A stretch of 63,623 nt of DNA, filler included, from Phoronis australis (lineage: Eukaryota; Animalia; Phoronida), in NCBI GenBank assembly GCA_002633005.1. It is 9 parts of 9 records of this genome, joined end to end, with 100 filler letters (N's around TTAATTAATTAA, not from the genome) between each part and the next. Parts side by side here need not be neighbours in the genome. Positions count along the whole stretch, not along the records: positions 49,217 to 58,839 come from NMRA01001798.1; positions 58,940 to 61,891 come from NMRA01003308.1; positions 61,992 to 63,623 come from NMRA01001851.1; 6 more parts are not named here. One strand, 5' to 3'. The notes below the pieces were generated by a model that saw nothing but the letters and a program-made list of their open reading frames with translations, did no database searches and was not told the origin of the DNA. Of this stretch, positions 51,897 to 63,401 are shown piece after piece. The stretch's first letter is position 1; the number at the start of each line of letters is the position of its first letter. Made by a program: the position numbers and the translations under genes.

Positions 51897-52071
51897 GAGG
51901 AATTCGACGACACCAATTTCAAGCAGTATTATCGCACTGAAGAAGAATTCCGTGCCCCCTTCCAAAATCCAGATTCTAAGGTATCAAAGGCTGGGCTGGA
52001 ATTGGTGTCCTTTCAATGTGTCTTGGTACGATGCCCTTACCACGAGAAGTGGATGCGGGACAGAGACAGAG
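51897..52071 (+). CDS. SABATH-like methyltransferase, exon C
   Basis: ctttag acceptor, gtaggc donor, 175 nt, phase 0-1; EEFDDTNFKQYYRTEEEFRAPFQNPDSKVSKAGLELVSFQCVLVRCPYHEKWMRDRDR. Confidence 0.88.
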
Positions 52072-53257
52072 GTAGGCTAGTGCAACCCTATCGGGCAGTT
52101 TTGTGTCGTGATGGATTTTCTCGAGGGCTAACAGCATAATATGTCAAGACTATAAAGGGATGTCATGGGTTTCATGGCCAAAAACGCATTTTTGAATTGG
52201 ATGGGATAGACTGCTTGAGTTACTTGCTTTTGACAAAGGCTATAAAACGACAGTAGTTGTGTTTTTGCAATTTTATTAGAAATCACCAATTCTTTTCATT
52301 GCTTGCCATACATTCGGTGCAATTAAGACCGGTGCATTACCTGTTCTACGCATCCATGTATGAAATAGAGTTTAGCTCCGCCTACAGAGAGTAGTTTGAC
52401 CGCAAGTAGCAGGTTCAAATACGCGCAGCAGCTGATCTCAGGAAATCACCTTTCTCTCCAGTTTTAAAGAGATTTCAGACAGTACATGTATGTAACAGGA
52501 CATCGATTATCGAATAGGTGTACCACTACGGTATGTCATCACTAAGATTAGTCTGCGATAAAAATACAATAACACAATACAGTATTAAGCTTTCGGGAAT
52601 AGGACATGTAATTTCGTGCCTGGCATAATCTCATTGATGCGCGCGTCTTTTATTTGCATATGTTAACTGTTTGATGATTACGTGTGCATTTTTACTTCTT
52701 CGCATCGCTGGATCAATTTTGCACAGGGAAAATCGTATGAAAGATACTCGATAATAGACCATACTCAAATAAATTCATTAAGCAGGCTGCTTAAAATGAA
52801 TGGCATGTTATACAATGTAGTTAGAGCATACTAAGGTAGTCAGTTTGCAAGCTGAGGACTTGCATTTTTGGTGATTCCGGATGATGGGTTTGATTCAGTC
52901 AGTGAATTTCCTTTGTAAAAACTAAAGTTTCCAAAGAAAAGGCATCCCTTTCACAGAAAGATAACATTTCAAATGATAAAATAGTGACATTTGACTTACA
53001 TCTTTCCTTAAAATATCTAATCCGTATCCAAACAGGCAAATCAAAACTTGCGTTTACGGGAGCTTGTGCATGCTGAATTGAAGCAAACGACGGATACGTC
53101 ATAGCTGAAGAAGAGTGATGACCTATCAATCCACTTCACTTTACCAGCCATCTGCAAAATCTCTTTAATGTCACTTTATAAAACTGGGATTTTAAAGCTA
53201 GTTTATCTTTTATTAGCAATGACTAGATAACTTAAAAGGATACCAAACCCTCCTCCC

Positions 53258-53386
53258 GTTCAGTAACGCTAAGATCTCTTGAAAATGAGAGATTACGTGA
53301 GATGTTGCTGTGCATTTTGAATGAGAACACGTGACTTCAACTGGGCTTTAGCTAGGTCCTAGCGTAGGTCCTAGCGTTACTGAACG
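53258..53386. mobile_element. MITE with CGTTCAGTAACGCTAG TIR (relatives near 12395, 20335 and 50000)
   Basis: cgttcagtaacgctaag ... ctagcgttactgaacg; shared internal ttttgaatgagaacacg with the copy at 20335. Confidence 0.7.
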
Positions 53387-54280
53387 CACACCCGGTTTTG
53401 GCATATTAAGATACATGTACAGTGTATATTAAAAACGACTTTCCCCGTCAGTTCTCTGTCGACAACGGTTTGGAAAATTCCTCAACTTCTTTACAAAGTT
53501 TGGAGTGTCTAATTGGTAGCGTGACTACTGCCCTTTGACAGGTGTGTTACCCAAGACCGTGGCAGAATACTGTCTACTTACTGATCTTGTTTACAACACG
53601 CAGTATATATATTTCAGATGAATATTGTTTTATTTTCTCAATGCAAGTGCATTAACAGCTAACGGATGCAGTTTTGAGTGTAATCAAAAGCAATAGCCAA
53701 ACAACCTTAGTATTATGGTGTAAGCTATCTAACTGGGAAAGCGAAAACAGCTGGAAATGAATGTAAAACATGTTTAAGTTTTGTCGTGTTTTCTGAAGAC
53801 TGCCCGGCAGTTGGGATGGCTTTCCGAGAGTTCAATCACTATTCAGAAATTTTGTCCAATATTCCTTCTTCGTTTAGTAAATTAAGTTTGCAATGTAATG
53901 TTTGCAACAACACAGATTAGCACTTATCTCCACTCATTTATCTAATTTCATTTACAATAGCAATATTTTCAGAGACCGTACTGTACTTGACTAAGAATGA
54001 ATTGAAAATTGTTGTGTGGACCTAAATACAAAATTTCTGACGAGTATGTAAGTCATAAGCAGTGTTTTATATATAGGCACCTTATTTCAATAGCTGTTAG
54101 CTCTCGTTCTATTAAACTTCGAGCGTTTGGTCATATCCTGTGCTACATTGTACATGCAGGTACTAGATGCTAATTGCTTGTACGACTGTGATACTTTTTA
54201 TTACCTATAGTACCTGTGTGTGCACTTCAATGTTCAAAGCAGTTACAATCAATAATCATAGCATTTATTTTTCATTTAAG

Positions 54281-54522
54281 GCGATGCTAACGCCCGACGC
54301 CGGCAAGCTAAGTGGTTTCTTGGTAGCATACGCTATTGGACCAATAGGGTTTTCATGGACTCGTTGTCCAAACATCGTTCTGGTGAAGAACGCATGGCTT
54401 TAGTTGACCTGTTCTACACGTGGCTCGAGGACGATTTAACAGAAAAACCGGATGACTATCACTTTGATGAAGTCCAGTCTATTGTAGACGTGAGGAAGAA
54501 AGGAGAACGCGATGAACAATGA
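54281..54522 (+). CDS. SABATH-like methyltransferase, terminal exon D
   Basis: tttaag acceptor, phase 1; DANARRRQAKWFLGSIRYWTNRVFMDSLSKHRSGEERMALVDLFYTWLEDDLTEKPDDYHFDEVQSIVDVRKKGERDEQ*. Confidence 0.87.
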
Positions 54523-54535
54523 CTGCGTGAATATT

Positions 54536-54541
54536 AATAAA
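54536..54541 (+). terminator. Candidate polyadenylation signal of the methyltransferase gene
   Basis: AATAAA 13 nt after the TGA stop. Confidence 0.55.
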
Positions 54542-54579
54542 CATGCATTTCACGCAAACAGGACTTCGGTCCACATTAG

Positions 54580-56800
54580 AAGTATATAATAAACAGAGAG
54601 TACAAGATATCTAAACCAACACTAATTTACATCAAGAAACTCGTTTCGACATTTCTCAACAATAATTAAATATTGACCAATTTTTCTCAAGTTATTTAAT
54701 CCGTGTGTCTGTAAGAGGTCCCTGAATACTGTTTCATCCACCCTTTCGAATTTAGGTAAAGACTGTATGCGCAAATCAGAATATAATTTACATTCGAGAA
54801 GAAAGTGCAATTTTGATTCCACCTTTCCACTACTGCAGGCTCGTTACTGAACTTCACATGTACATGTAGATGACGGAGTATCGCGTGCGTACGCCTTGTT
54901 GTGCCCCAAATTCCAAAATCATACGTAAATAACAAACGTTTGGTGTTTAGGGCCCAACAACACTTCTTTTGTTCAGCCACTTCATGTTAAACATTGTAGC
55001 ATACGCTAACATAACGATGACTTGGCATTTTTACTTGAACTTTAACCAGTATTCAACAATTCTCAATAATAAATGTACGTTCATCGTCACTCTCCCAAGC
55101 TCTGCTCTCACCGCTACGTTTGAAACATACATGTACTGTCGAAGTCGCAATAAGAACTTACAAAATTAATTGTGTACCATTTCAATGTCTTGTGCAGGAT
55201 GAAATCCCCAAATCTCAGGACGATACACCATACTTTTACATCGAACAATTATAACCACACTTGCTCAGGAACGTCAATGTATTTAGTCTAGCTTTTGCCG
55301 CTTTATCAGCTGCGCCTTTGAAAAACACACCCTGGGAGGTAAATTTTGATTCCAAAATACTCTGAAATCGTTGGCACAGTTTAATAATTTCCACTTTTCA
55401 TAATTTCTTATATATTGCTCTTTATAAAAAACAATACCTTTTGTTTATGACATCATGTTCACATGAAACTTCCATTTAATACAACATTCTTCTAGTTAGG
55501 TAATTAATCTTTGCATAGCAACAGCGGTGTCTTCAACTTGAGTGAAGTCATCGGCAAACATCAGTGAATATAAATTCACTAGACCAATATTTACACACGA
55601 GCCTTTTTATTTTTGTAATTCTCCAAATCCTTGTCTTACTCCCTTCCTACATTGTAAGAAATCGGTTACGTAACCGCTCCATTCAGCAAAATGCATGACT
55701 TCACATTTTATACATTTTCCATATATTCCAAAACTTGACATTTTGTACTTAAGTCCCTAGATCTCGCCACAAAAGTCGAACGCTTTTTAAAGTCGACAAA
55801 AAGACAAAAGAAGAGGCCTCTGTGTTTCAGTAAATATTTGTTAATAAGAGTATTGAGAATAAACATTTTGTCAACTGGGCAGTACCCCTTCCTGAAGCCA
55901 GCCTGAACATAGATAAAGTACATGTAACTGACCAAGCGACATAATTAAAAGGCCCACGATATTTCGAAACATACATGTTTCATTCAGTTGAGAGTAGAGT
56001 TTTGTTCCGAAGGTATGAACGTAATGAAATAAAGACTGTCAACAATGAAAATTGTCGTGCATTTAATCAATTCTGTGTATCCGAAAACTTGCTCCCGAGG
56101 TACAGCCAGCTCATACATGTAGATGAGTCTAGCAATGATTTGGTTAGTCTTTCTCGGAATGTTTTTGCTTTGTTTTGATCAGTTTTTATGTCGCTTTTTA
56201 GGCTCTATATTCAGCCATGGCAAAATTTTAATCGGTACCATGCCTTCTATTTTTCCTTAAATAACTACATGTACGTACCAGAAACTTTTGATTATGGCAT
56301 GCTAAAGGTTTTGATCTACGTTTCGATGATTCAGATTTTGTCAAACCAGAGCTTGTAACAGAGTTTAAAACCAAATTATACATGTACATACTATCCAAGG
56401 CCTCTATAACAGAACATGTTGTTATGAAGATTTCGTGCAACATTTTCCAGGCATCCGTTATCTTTAGTCAACTGTGAGCACTCAAAATAATTGTTTTTAC
56501 TTTTTTTCTTTCCAGATTATGGCTCTGTTTATTTTTCTATCTAAGTCGTGAGTTTCCCATCTATTGTTATTTTCTTGAAGGTCATGATATACTTCTCAGC
56601 TTAAAGCAAGTGCTAACGAAAAATGATCTGAGTCACGCAATTTTCTCACCAACTTGAAAATGACTGACTGAAGTCAGAATTTCCTCAGTAACCATGGCAT
56701 TGTCTACTACACTACTTCCATTTGTATTCATCAAACTAACACTGCAAACCCTTTCAAACTTTCATTTGAATCATATTCAAACAGGTTTTGTTACAGCATA
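54580..56800 (-). mobile_element. Degenerate RTE-X-like LINE ORF2 (APE end, RT, C-terminal Cys/His region)
   Basis: GSSVVDNAMV (APE), QAGFRKGYCPVDKMFILNTLINKYL..FFCLFVDFKK, GVRQG, SLMFADD, ESKLHFLLECKLYSDLR; heavily frameshifted. Confidence 0.85.
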
Positions 56801-56981
56801 GACTCTACATGGATAAATGAAGAACTGTATGGATGTGAGTTTTGATTTTGAAATTGTATTTATTTTGATGTGATTGTTAAGTAACATTACTTAGATTCCA
56901 TTCATGAATCAGTAGTTTTGGTCTACAAGCAAAAGGATGGAAGTTGCTTTTCTAACTAATTCAGTCAAATTGGAGGTTATG

Positions 56982-57141
56982 CAGTGCTGTAGTGGTAAAA
57001 TTAGAGGTAAGTAGGCACCCAAAGCCCACTGCCGGTATCACCTTGTGCACTGAACGTAACTTACGGTGAGTAGGCGCTACGTTGGAATGCCAAAAGATGG
57101 TTGGCTGCGCCTACGTGCGCCTACGCCCCACTACAGCACTG
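56982..57141. mobile_element. MITE, TIR CAGTGCTGTAGTGG
   Basis: cagtgctgtagtgg ... ccactacagcactg with gtaggcgc/gcgcctac subrepeats. Confidence 0.75.
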
Positions 57142-59118
57142 TATAATGGTTAGGGAAAAGTACAGCACAGATTTCAAAATGAGTTGGGGTTAACACCAGA
57201 ACTCTAGTTTACAAGTTGTTGTCAAGTTACATATAACCAGTCCATCTAATTTATCACTTAACTGAGACTGTAAAACTTGATTTTGATTTTCACATCACTC
57301 GCTGACTGTTTGATTCACAGTAGAGAACGTCAAAATTTTATTTTGGTTTAATACATGGTAACTATTGGGCACAAATAAAGATTTGCATATTTTGACTACC
57401 GGTAAATGTTTTAACTGCCATCACCTTCAGTCAAACGTCAGTTCTCAGTCTCTGCAGTCATACTGGTTACTTTGAACACAAGTTCAACTGTCTGTTCATA
57501 CATGTACATGAGCAATAGCAAATTCAGTCAGCTAAAACGTAATTGAGATTCTAATACTGCTATCACAAATGCCTTTTTGTGGAAAGTGAAATAGCATTCA
57601 TATTTTAGATTTGTGAATATTGAGCGACTTCATGTATTTGATGAAAGCCAGACACACTGCAGAGGTTGTGAGGCAACAAGTTTGAGTTGAAAACACCAGA
57701 ACAAATGGCATACACATCATCTCAAGGTTGGTTAGAGCAAACAAGGAAGAAAACTGGAGCGATCATCCCATGATCCCTATGGAACACCATTGATTGCTGT
57801 AATGCAGATTAGTCTAAAGTAGCATGTGTTTAGAACGTCTACTAATATGATTCTAACTGGTAACTGGACTACCTCTGTAGTTGTTCTTTTCAACACCATG
57901 GTAGAATGGAAAGCTATAATTGAAGTTTGATGCCTTAGATAAATGAATGTTGCTGCTAGAAGATATCCCTATAGTCGAAATATTTCAAATTTCAACATAC
58001 AAGTTCAATAATAGCCCATTCAGTTGACTGATGTTTCCTGAAACCATATTGGGAAGCAAAACTAGTAATCAATGAAATATTAGACTGTTTTCAACTATTT
58101 TAAATTAACATGGGAAATATAAATATGTTTATAATTGTTAAGAGTGATTTTTCCGTTGACAAGTAATGAGGTTATATAAAATAAAATACTTAAAAATGCT
58201 CGACATGCTGTTCTAAGTATGCCTTTCCATGGAGGGAGATACTGATTTTATGTTTTCTCCACCGGCATTCAACATATTTTGCGCCATTTTCAATGCTAAT
58301 AAATACCCCGTTGGCAGCGCAGCCGTGTGCGCATTTCAACGCTCTGTGTTGCTGTTGTTAGTTTAGTCAGGTAAATAGTATGGTTGTTACAATTACCATA
58401 GACTGCGTCGTGCGTGAAAAATAAAACATCTTGGTATATTGTAATTAAGGCTTGCATACATTCAAGTTGTTCTCTTTAGACACAATTTTGATTGTAATAC
58501 AAGTATGATTACTAATTGCCACTGTAGACACTTCTATATTTTCTGTTATTCATTGTCATGTGATTTTGGTTTCATTTCTAGTCATTATACATAAGATTAA
58601 ACTTGATCATGTTAAATCCAGTATGCAGCTGATTCTATATTTTCTTGTTTTAACAAGCCGGCATGCAATATAATTATGCATTTGCCAAGGACATTTCTGC
58701 ATTAAATTACTCATGCCACAACTCAAGTGTTGTAGTCTTGCAGCAACATTTTTCAGGTGTGCATTTGGGTTGCAGGAACTGTTCCATATAAGGACATAGA
58801 AATGTTTGCACCAAGCTTGCGTCAAACTTCATTCGCATGNNNNNNNNNNNNNNNNNNNNNNNNNNNNNNNNNNNNNNNNNNNNTTAATTAATTAANNNNN
58901 NNNNNNNNNNNNNNNNNNNNNNNNNNNNNNNNNNNNNNNCATTGCTCAGGCTTGTGACAATGCATGGTTGTTTGTCGTTATCTATACGTGTTATTACTCA
59001 GAATTGTGACGATGGTTGAGTGTAATTGTCTGTGCGTGTCATTACTCAGGCTTGTGACAATGGTTGTTTTGAAGTTCTGTGTGCGTGTCATTACTCAGAC
59101 TTGATACGACTTTTTTAG

Positions 59119-59295
59119 TCAAGAACTGTGGGGAACCACAGACTAACTCAAACACGAACGTCACTATCACTTCAACCACATACCAAGGTACAGCGTCTTA
59201 CACGTGTGGCATTGGTTATAAACAGACTGGTGGCAATATAACGCGTATTTGTGGCGCTGATGGAGCGTGGACTGGGACTGCATTAATTTGTAGTG
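59119..59295 (+). CDS. Sushi/CCP domain exon 1 of a multi-sushi extracellular protein
   Basis: 177 nt, phase 1-1, AG/GT; KNCGEP...TASYTCGIGY...RICGADGAWTGTALICS (four Cys plus Trp). Confidence 0.92.
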
Positions 59296-59505
59296 GTAAG
59301 GAACCTTAAAATATGTTATCTTTAGTCGCTATCCTATTCAGTGTTATTCTATTATATGATGTAAATAAAAATGTGCTGCCTGCGTAACAGCACTGGTCTA
59401 CTGAACAGTTCGTAGTCTAATATGAAGTAGACTGTGAACACACTATATAGTTACACCCGGTTGGCCGAACAACTGCCCGGAATTGTAATTGTGTAACTTT
59501 TTCAG

Positions 59506-59682
59506 TTAAGACCTGTGGTCAGCCACAGGCCACCGTCAATTCAAATGTAAACACCACGTCAACCACTTACCGAGGAACAGCGTCTTACACGTGCGATACT
59601 GGTTACGAACAGACTGGGGGAGACACTACGCGTACCTGTGACGCTGATGGAAACTGGTCTGGGTCTGCACTGCTGTGTACAG
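59506..59682 (+). CDS. Sushi/CCP domain exon 2
   Basis: 177 nt, phase 1-1; KTCGQPQATVNSNVNTTSTTYRGTASYTCDTGYEQTGGDTTRTCDADGNWSGSALLCT. Confidence 0.92.
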
Positions 59683-59897
59683 GTAAGATTTTTGAAATGA
59701 TGATTAGAGGCTAATATAAGTCACTGTTTCCTTAATGCTGTATACGAACTGACATATGTTTCAAGGGCAGACTTAAATGCTTGTATTTCAAACGACACCC
59801 GCACTGATTATTGTTCTTTAAACCACATTATCAGCCAAGAATGGCCAATACAACCGTTAAATAACTATTAGTTATTCCACGAGTTTTGAATAACATT

Positions 59898-59964
59898 TTG
59901 GCGGGAAATCGAGGCCGGTTTCGAACCCACTTCGCAAGAGTTTCGAGTTGCTGACTTAACCGCT
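59898..59964 (-). mobile_element. tRNA-derived SINE head
   Basis: Minus strand agcggttaag (A-box-like) ... gggttcgaaacc (B-box); no cloverleaf or acceptor stem. Confidence 0.5.
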
Positions 59965-60701
59965 NAGACTGGGGGAGACACTACGCGTACCTGTGACGCT
60001 GATGGAAACTGGTCTGGGTCTGCACTGCTGTGTACAGGTAAAATTTTTGAAATGATGATTAGAGGCTAATATAAATCACTGTTTCCTTAATGCTGTATAC
60101 GAACTGACATGTGTTTCAAGGGCAGACTTAAATGCTTGTATTTCAAACGACACCCGCACTCATTATTGTTTTTCAAACCACATTATCAGCCAAGAATGGC
60201 CAATACAACCGTTAAATAACTATTAGTTATTCCACGAGTTTTGAATAACATTTTGGCGGGAAATCGAGGCCGGTTTCGAATAATTTCAATAAAAACAAAA
60301 TCTTTAATTCAGTAAAATTTATGTATCATTTTCTCTCACTTGTAAATCATGGATCTCCAGTTTGAATGCGGGTATCGTGTCGGCGGGATCCTTTGACTTG
60401 GGCATTATACTCAGTAACCAGTGGTAACCTACTATAGCAGACTTCACGGTCCAAGCTTAGCATGATAAAATGTGTAATAAGCTACACTAGTTACTTAAAA
60501 CCTATTTTATAGATTCAAAATAGAGTAAAAACATTATTTTAACAAGAATAACTCGGCGTTTCTTAAAAGGTCACGACCTCCGACCCCGGGTCTCTGACAA
60601 AGAAAGTAGTTACAAAGCCGAGGCGAGTCGATAAAGGTAGATCGATTCTTTGCAATGTTTCTCGTTGAGTATGTGGTATAAATAGATTACTACATGCCCT
60701 C

Positions 60702-60826
60702 AGTCGTAACCCCCCTTATCTAGAGCCCTTGTGGATTTTGAAGAATTATCACCCGAGGGTCTAACGCCACGCTGGCGATAATTCTCCAAAATCCACTCGG
60801 GATCTAGATTACGGTGGATAACGACT
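60702..60826. repeat. Hairpin / MITE-like inverted repeat, intronic
   Basis: agtcgt...atctaga..ccc..gtggattttgaagaattatc versus gataattctccaaaatccac..gggatctagat...acgact. Confidence 0.75.
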
Positions 60827-60939
60827 ATATATAGTACTTTTAACTATCCTCGGCAGATACGTACTTCTAATGGGGATACCGGCGAATTTTCCAGGAAGGT
60901 TTTAAAAAAGCAATAATAACATGGTTTGTACTTTCTCAG

Positions 60940-61116
60940 TCAAGAACTGCGGACAACCATCAGTTAAACCAAAGACTAACGTCAGGACAACTTCAACCAC
61001 TTATCAAGGAACAGCGTCTTACACGTGCGACATTGGTTATGAAAAGATTGGGGGAGACACAACGCGAACTTGTGACGATCATGGAAAGTGGACTGGGACT
61101 GAGTTAGAGTGTGCAG
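60940..61116 (+). CDS. Sushi/CCP domain exon 3
   Basis: 177 nt, phase 1-1; KNCGQPSVKPKTNVRTTSTTYQGTASYTCDIGYEKIGGDTTRTCDDHGKWTGTELECA. Confidence 0.92.
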
Positions 61117-61256
61117 GTAAAGAATTAATTACAGGCTTCGCGTCCTTAATGCATGAACGTATGTTTGGCTAAAATTCAGTCTTGAGGCAGAATCTAGCAA
61201 GCATTCCCGCTTATGTAATATTGGTATTAGTTATATTTCTGTTTATCATGTTTCAG

Positions 61257-61433
61257 TCAAGAATTGCCAGCAGCCACCTACTAATTCAAATTCAACGGTC
61301 GTGGTAACTTCAACCACGTACCAAGGAACAGCGTCTTACACTTGCGACATTGGTTATGGACAGACTGGAGGAGACACTTTGCGTACTTGTGGCGCTGACG
61401 GAGCGTGGACTGGGACTGCGTTAGTGTGTGCGG
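61257..61433 (+). CDS. Sushi/CCP domain exon 4
   Basis: 177 nt, phase 1-1; KNCQQPPTNSNSTVVVTSTTYQGTASYTCDIGYGQTGGDTLRTCGADGAWTGTALVCA. Confidence 0.92.
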
Positions 61434-61561
61434 GTAAGAAATCTTGTTACATGTTACGAGTCTTTCCTTTACATAATTCGTGAACACAAAATGAATGGGT
61501 GGGTGAAGAGGCAGGTTATGTAATATTGGTATTAGTGATATTTCTGTTTACCATGTTTCAG

Positions 61562-61738
61562 TCAAGAATTGCACGCAGCCACCTACTAATGTAAATTCAA
61601 CGGTCGTGGTAACTTCAACCACGTACCAAGGAACAGCGTCTTACACGTGTGACTCTGGTTATGAGCAAACTGGGGGGAACACTATGCGTACTTGTGGCGC
61701 TGACGGACTGTGGAATGGAACTGCGTTATTGTGTGCAG
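61562..61738 (+). CDS. Sushi/CCP domain exon 5
   Basis: 177 nt, phase 1-1; KNCTQPPTNVNSTVVVTSTTYQGTASYTCDSGYEQTGGNTMRTCGADGLWNGTALLCA. Confidence 0.92.
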
Positions 61739-61861
61739 GTAAGAAATTTTGTCACAGGCTACGTGTCATAATGAGAGAGAGTACAATGTATGGTTAATGC
61801 GGCAATCAGTCTCCTTTATGAAATATTGATATTAGTTTTATTTCTGTTTATCATGTTTCAG

Positions 61862-61891
61862 TCAAGAACTGCGGACAACCATCAGTTAAAC
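61862..61891 (+). CDS. Sushi/CCP domain exon 6, start only (gap)
   Basis: tttcag acceptor then 30 nt identical to the start of exon 3. Confidence 0.8.
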
Positions 61892-62785
61892 NNNNNNNNN
61901 NNNNNNNNNNNNNNNNNNNNNNNNNNNNNNNNNNNTTAATTAATTAANNNNNNNNNNNNNNNNNNNNNNNNNNNNNNNNNNNNNNNNNNNNTGTTTAATT
62001 TGTATAATCGTTCAGCTTGCTGTTACGGTTTTGTCGCAAATTTTTTTATTGGATAAATTAACTGTATCAATTTTCTGAGTTAGATTTGCAATATTTTATT
62101 CCTTAAGATTAACGTTTAAGGGATAGTTTTGCTATACTGATTATAAGACGGTTTCACCCGTGACTAAATGTTTTTCTGATTACCACTATCGCCAATGTAG
62201 GTTTTGGCCTGTGATTCTTCTGTATAATTTTGCTGTCAGCTCGTGGCGCAGGTGTACAACACGTAATGATAATTTTACCCACTCAGTTGGCCTCCAAAAG
62301 CATTAAGACCTGTACTTTATGAAACATAGGGCTTATAAACAAAATGTAACATCAAAAATTACGATGAATGCTTGCATGTTTGCAGTAAATAGGGCTAAAA
62401 CCTTGAACTATTGGTATGACGATATCACATCTTTAGGCAGCGAGGTAAAGAGCACGGTTATCTCAAGAATAGTAAAGTGAAATACATCTAACAGTAAACA
62501 TATTCGATTACATGGACTTGTTTCATAACAATTTGTTCGTGGTATTTTTTCAAAACTACGTAAAATAAAAGGGAGTAGTGAATCAGAATGAATATAGCAT
62601 ATCTAAATATTTCAATATTTAGACCAGTTTTGTGTATACTACTTTTCTCTACGTACTGTCTACAACCCAAATATAATGCTTCGCGATTTCTGGGGTTGTC
62701 ATTATTTTCCTTGTATATTTTAAGTGTTCTTCAATAAATTGATATCACCTTAAAATGATACACTGATGTTTTCGTTTCAGCTGCG

Positions 62786-63401
62786 ATGGACCTCCGAACG
62801 AAATTTGCCATTGTTTTAATGGTGGGTGTGCTGCTAGTGTTTGTCTTATGCTGTTATGCTCCTCCCCAGGTGAACGTATTGAATGTCTTTGCCAGTGGAA
62901 AATGCTATGCTGCCGGCAACACCTTTGATGAAAACTTATCAAACAGTGATACTGCGGAATCAAACACGTTAAGGAATCAGGTTACGCGGCCTGAGATTAT
63001 GAAACCCACTAAATTTACTATTATGGACTGGAACCCATTGTACCTGTGCTTAGAAAACGGTCTTCCCGATAATTACAAAACGGGGAATTGCCTAGTCACC
63101 AGGGACAAGAGGTATTTGAACAAGAGCCACGCAGTTGTGATTGAGGTAAGACGTCTACCCCATCTGAATACTTTACCGAAAGAGCGGGCACCATGGCAAC
63201 GATGGTTGTACTTCAACGTTGAAAGTCCTTATTTTGCAATCTTAGATTATAAGGCAGGTACAAAATGGAGGATTTCACCGGAAAAATCGCCTTTAACTGG
63301 TTTCAAAAATATTCGCATGCACCAGTGTCATACGGCTGGAGAATTAGAAGAGATAAGCCCATCAAAAAACAGTTTTTAAGGATAAACAAAAACTAGTCGC
63401 G
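62786..63401 (+). pseudogene. Alpha-1,3/4-fucosyltransferase (GT10) with frameshifts, truncated by unrelated sequence
   Basis: N-terminal membrane anchor, CLVTRDKRYLNKSHAVV...LPKERAPWQRWLYFNVESP (GT10 N-domain); FNW..Y..SHAPVSYG continues in a shifted frame from about 63260; KLVA after a second shift; the C-terminal fucosyltransferase motif is not reached. Confidence 0.8.

Noticed and set aside
59898-59964. tRNA gene
   Set aside because: Only A/B boxes are present, with no cloverleaf; treated as a SINE head.
59966-60280. Extra partial sushi exon plus intron
   Set aside because: Near-identical to 59611-59925 and starts at a single N; probably an unmerged overlap or second haplotype.
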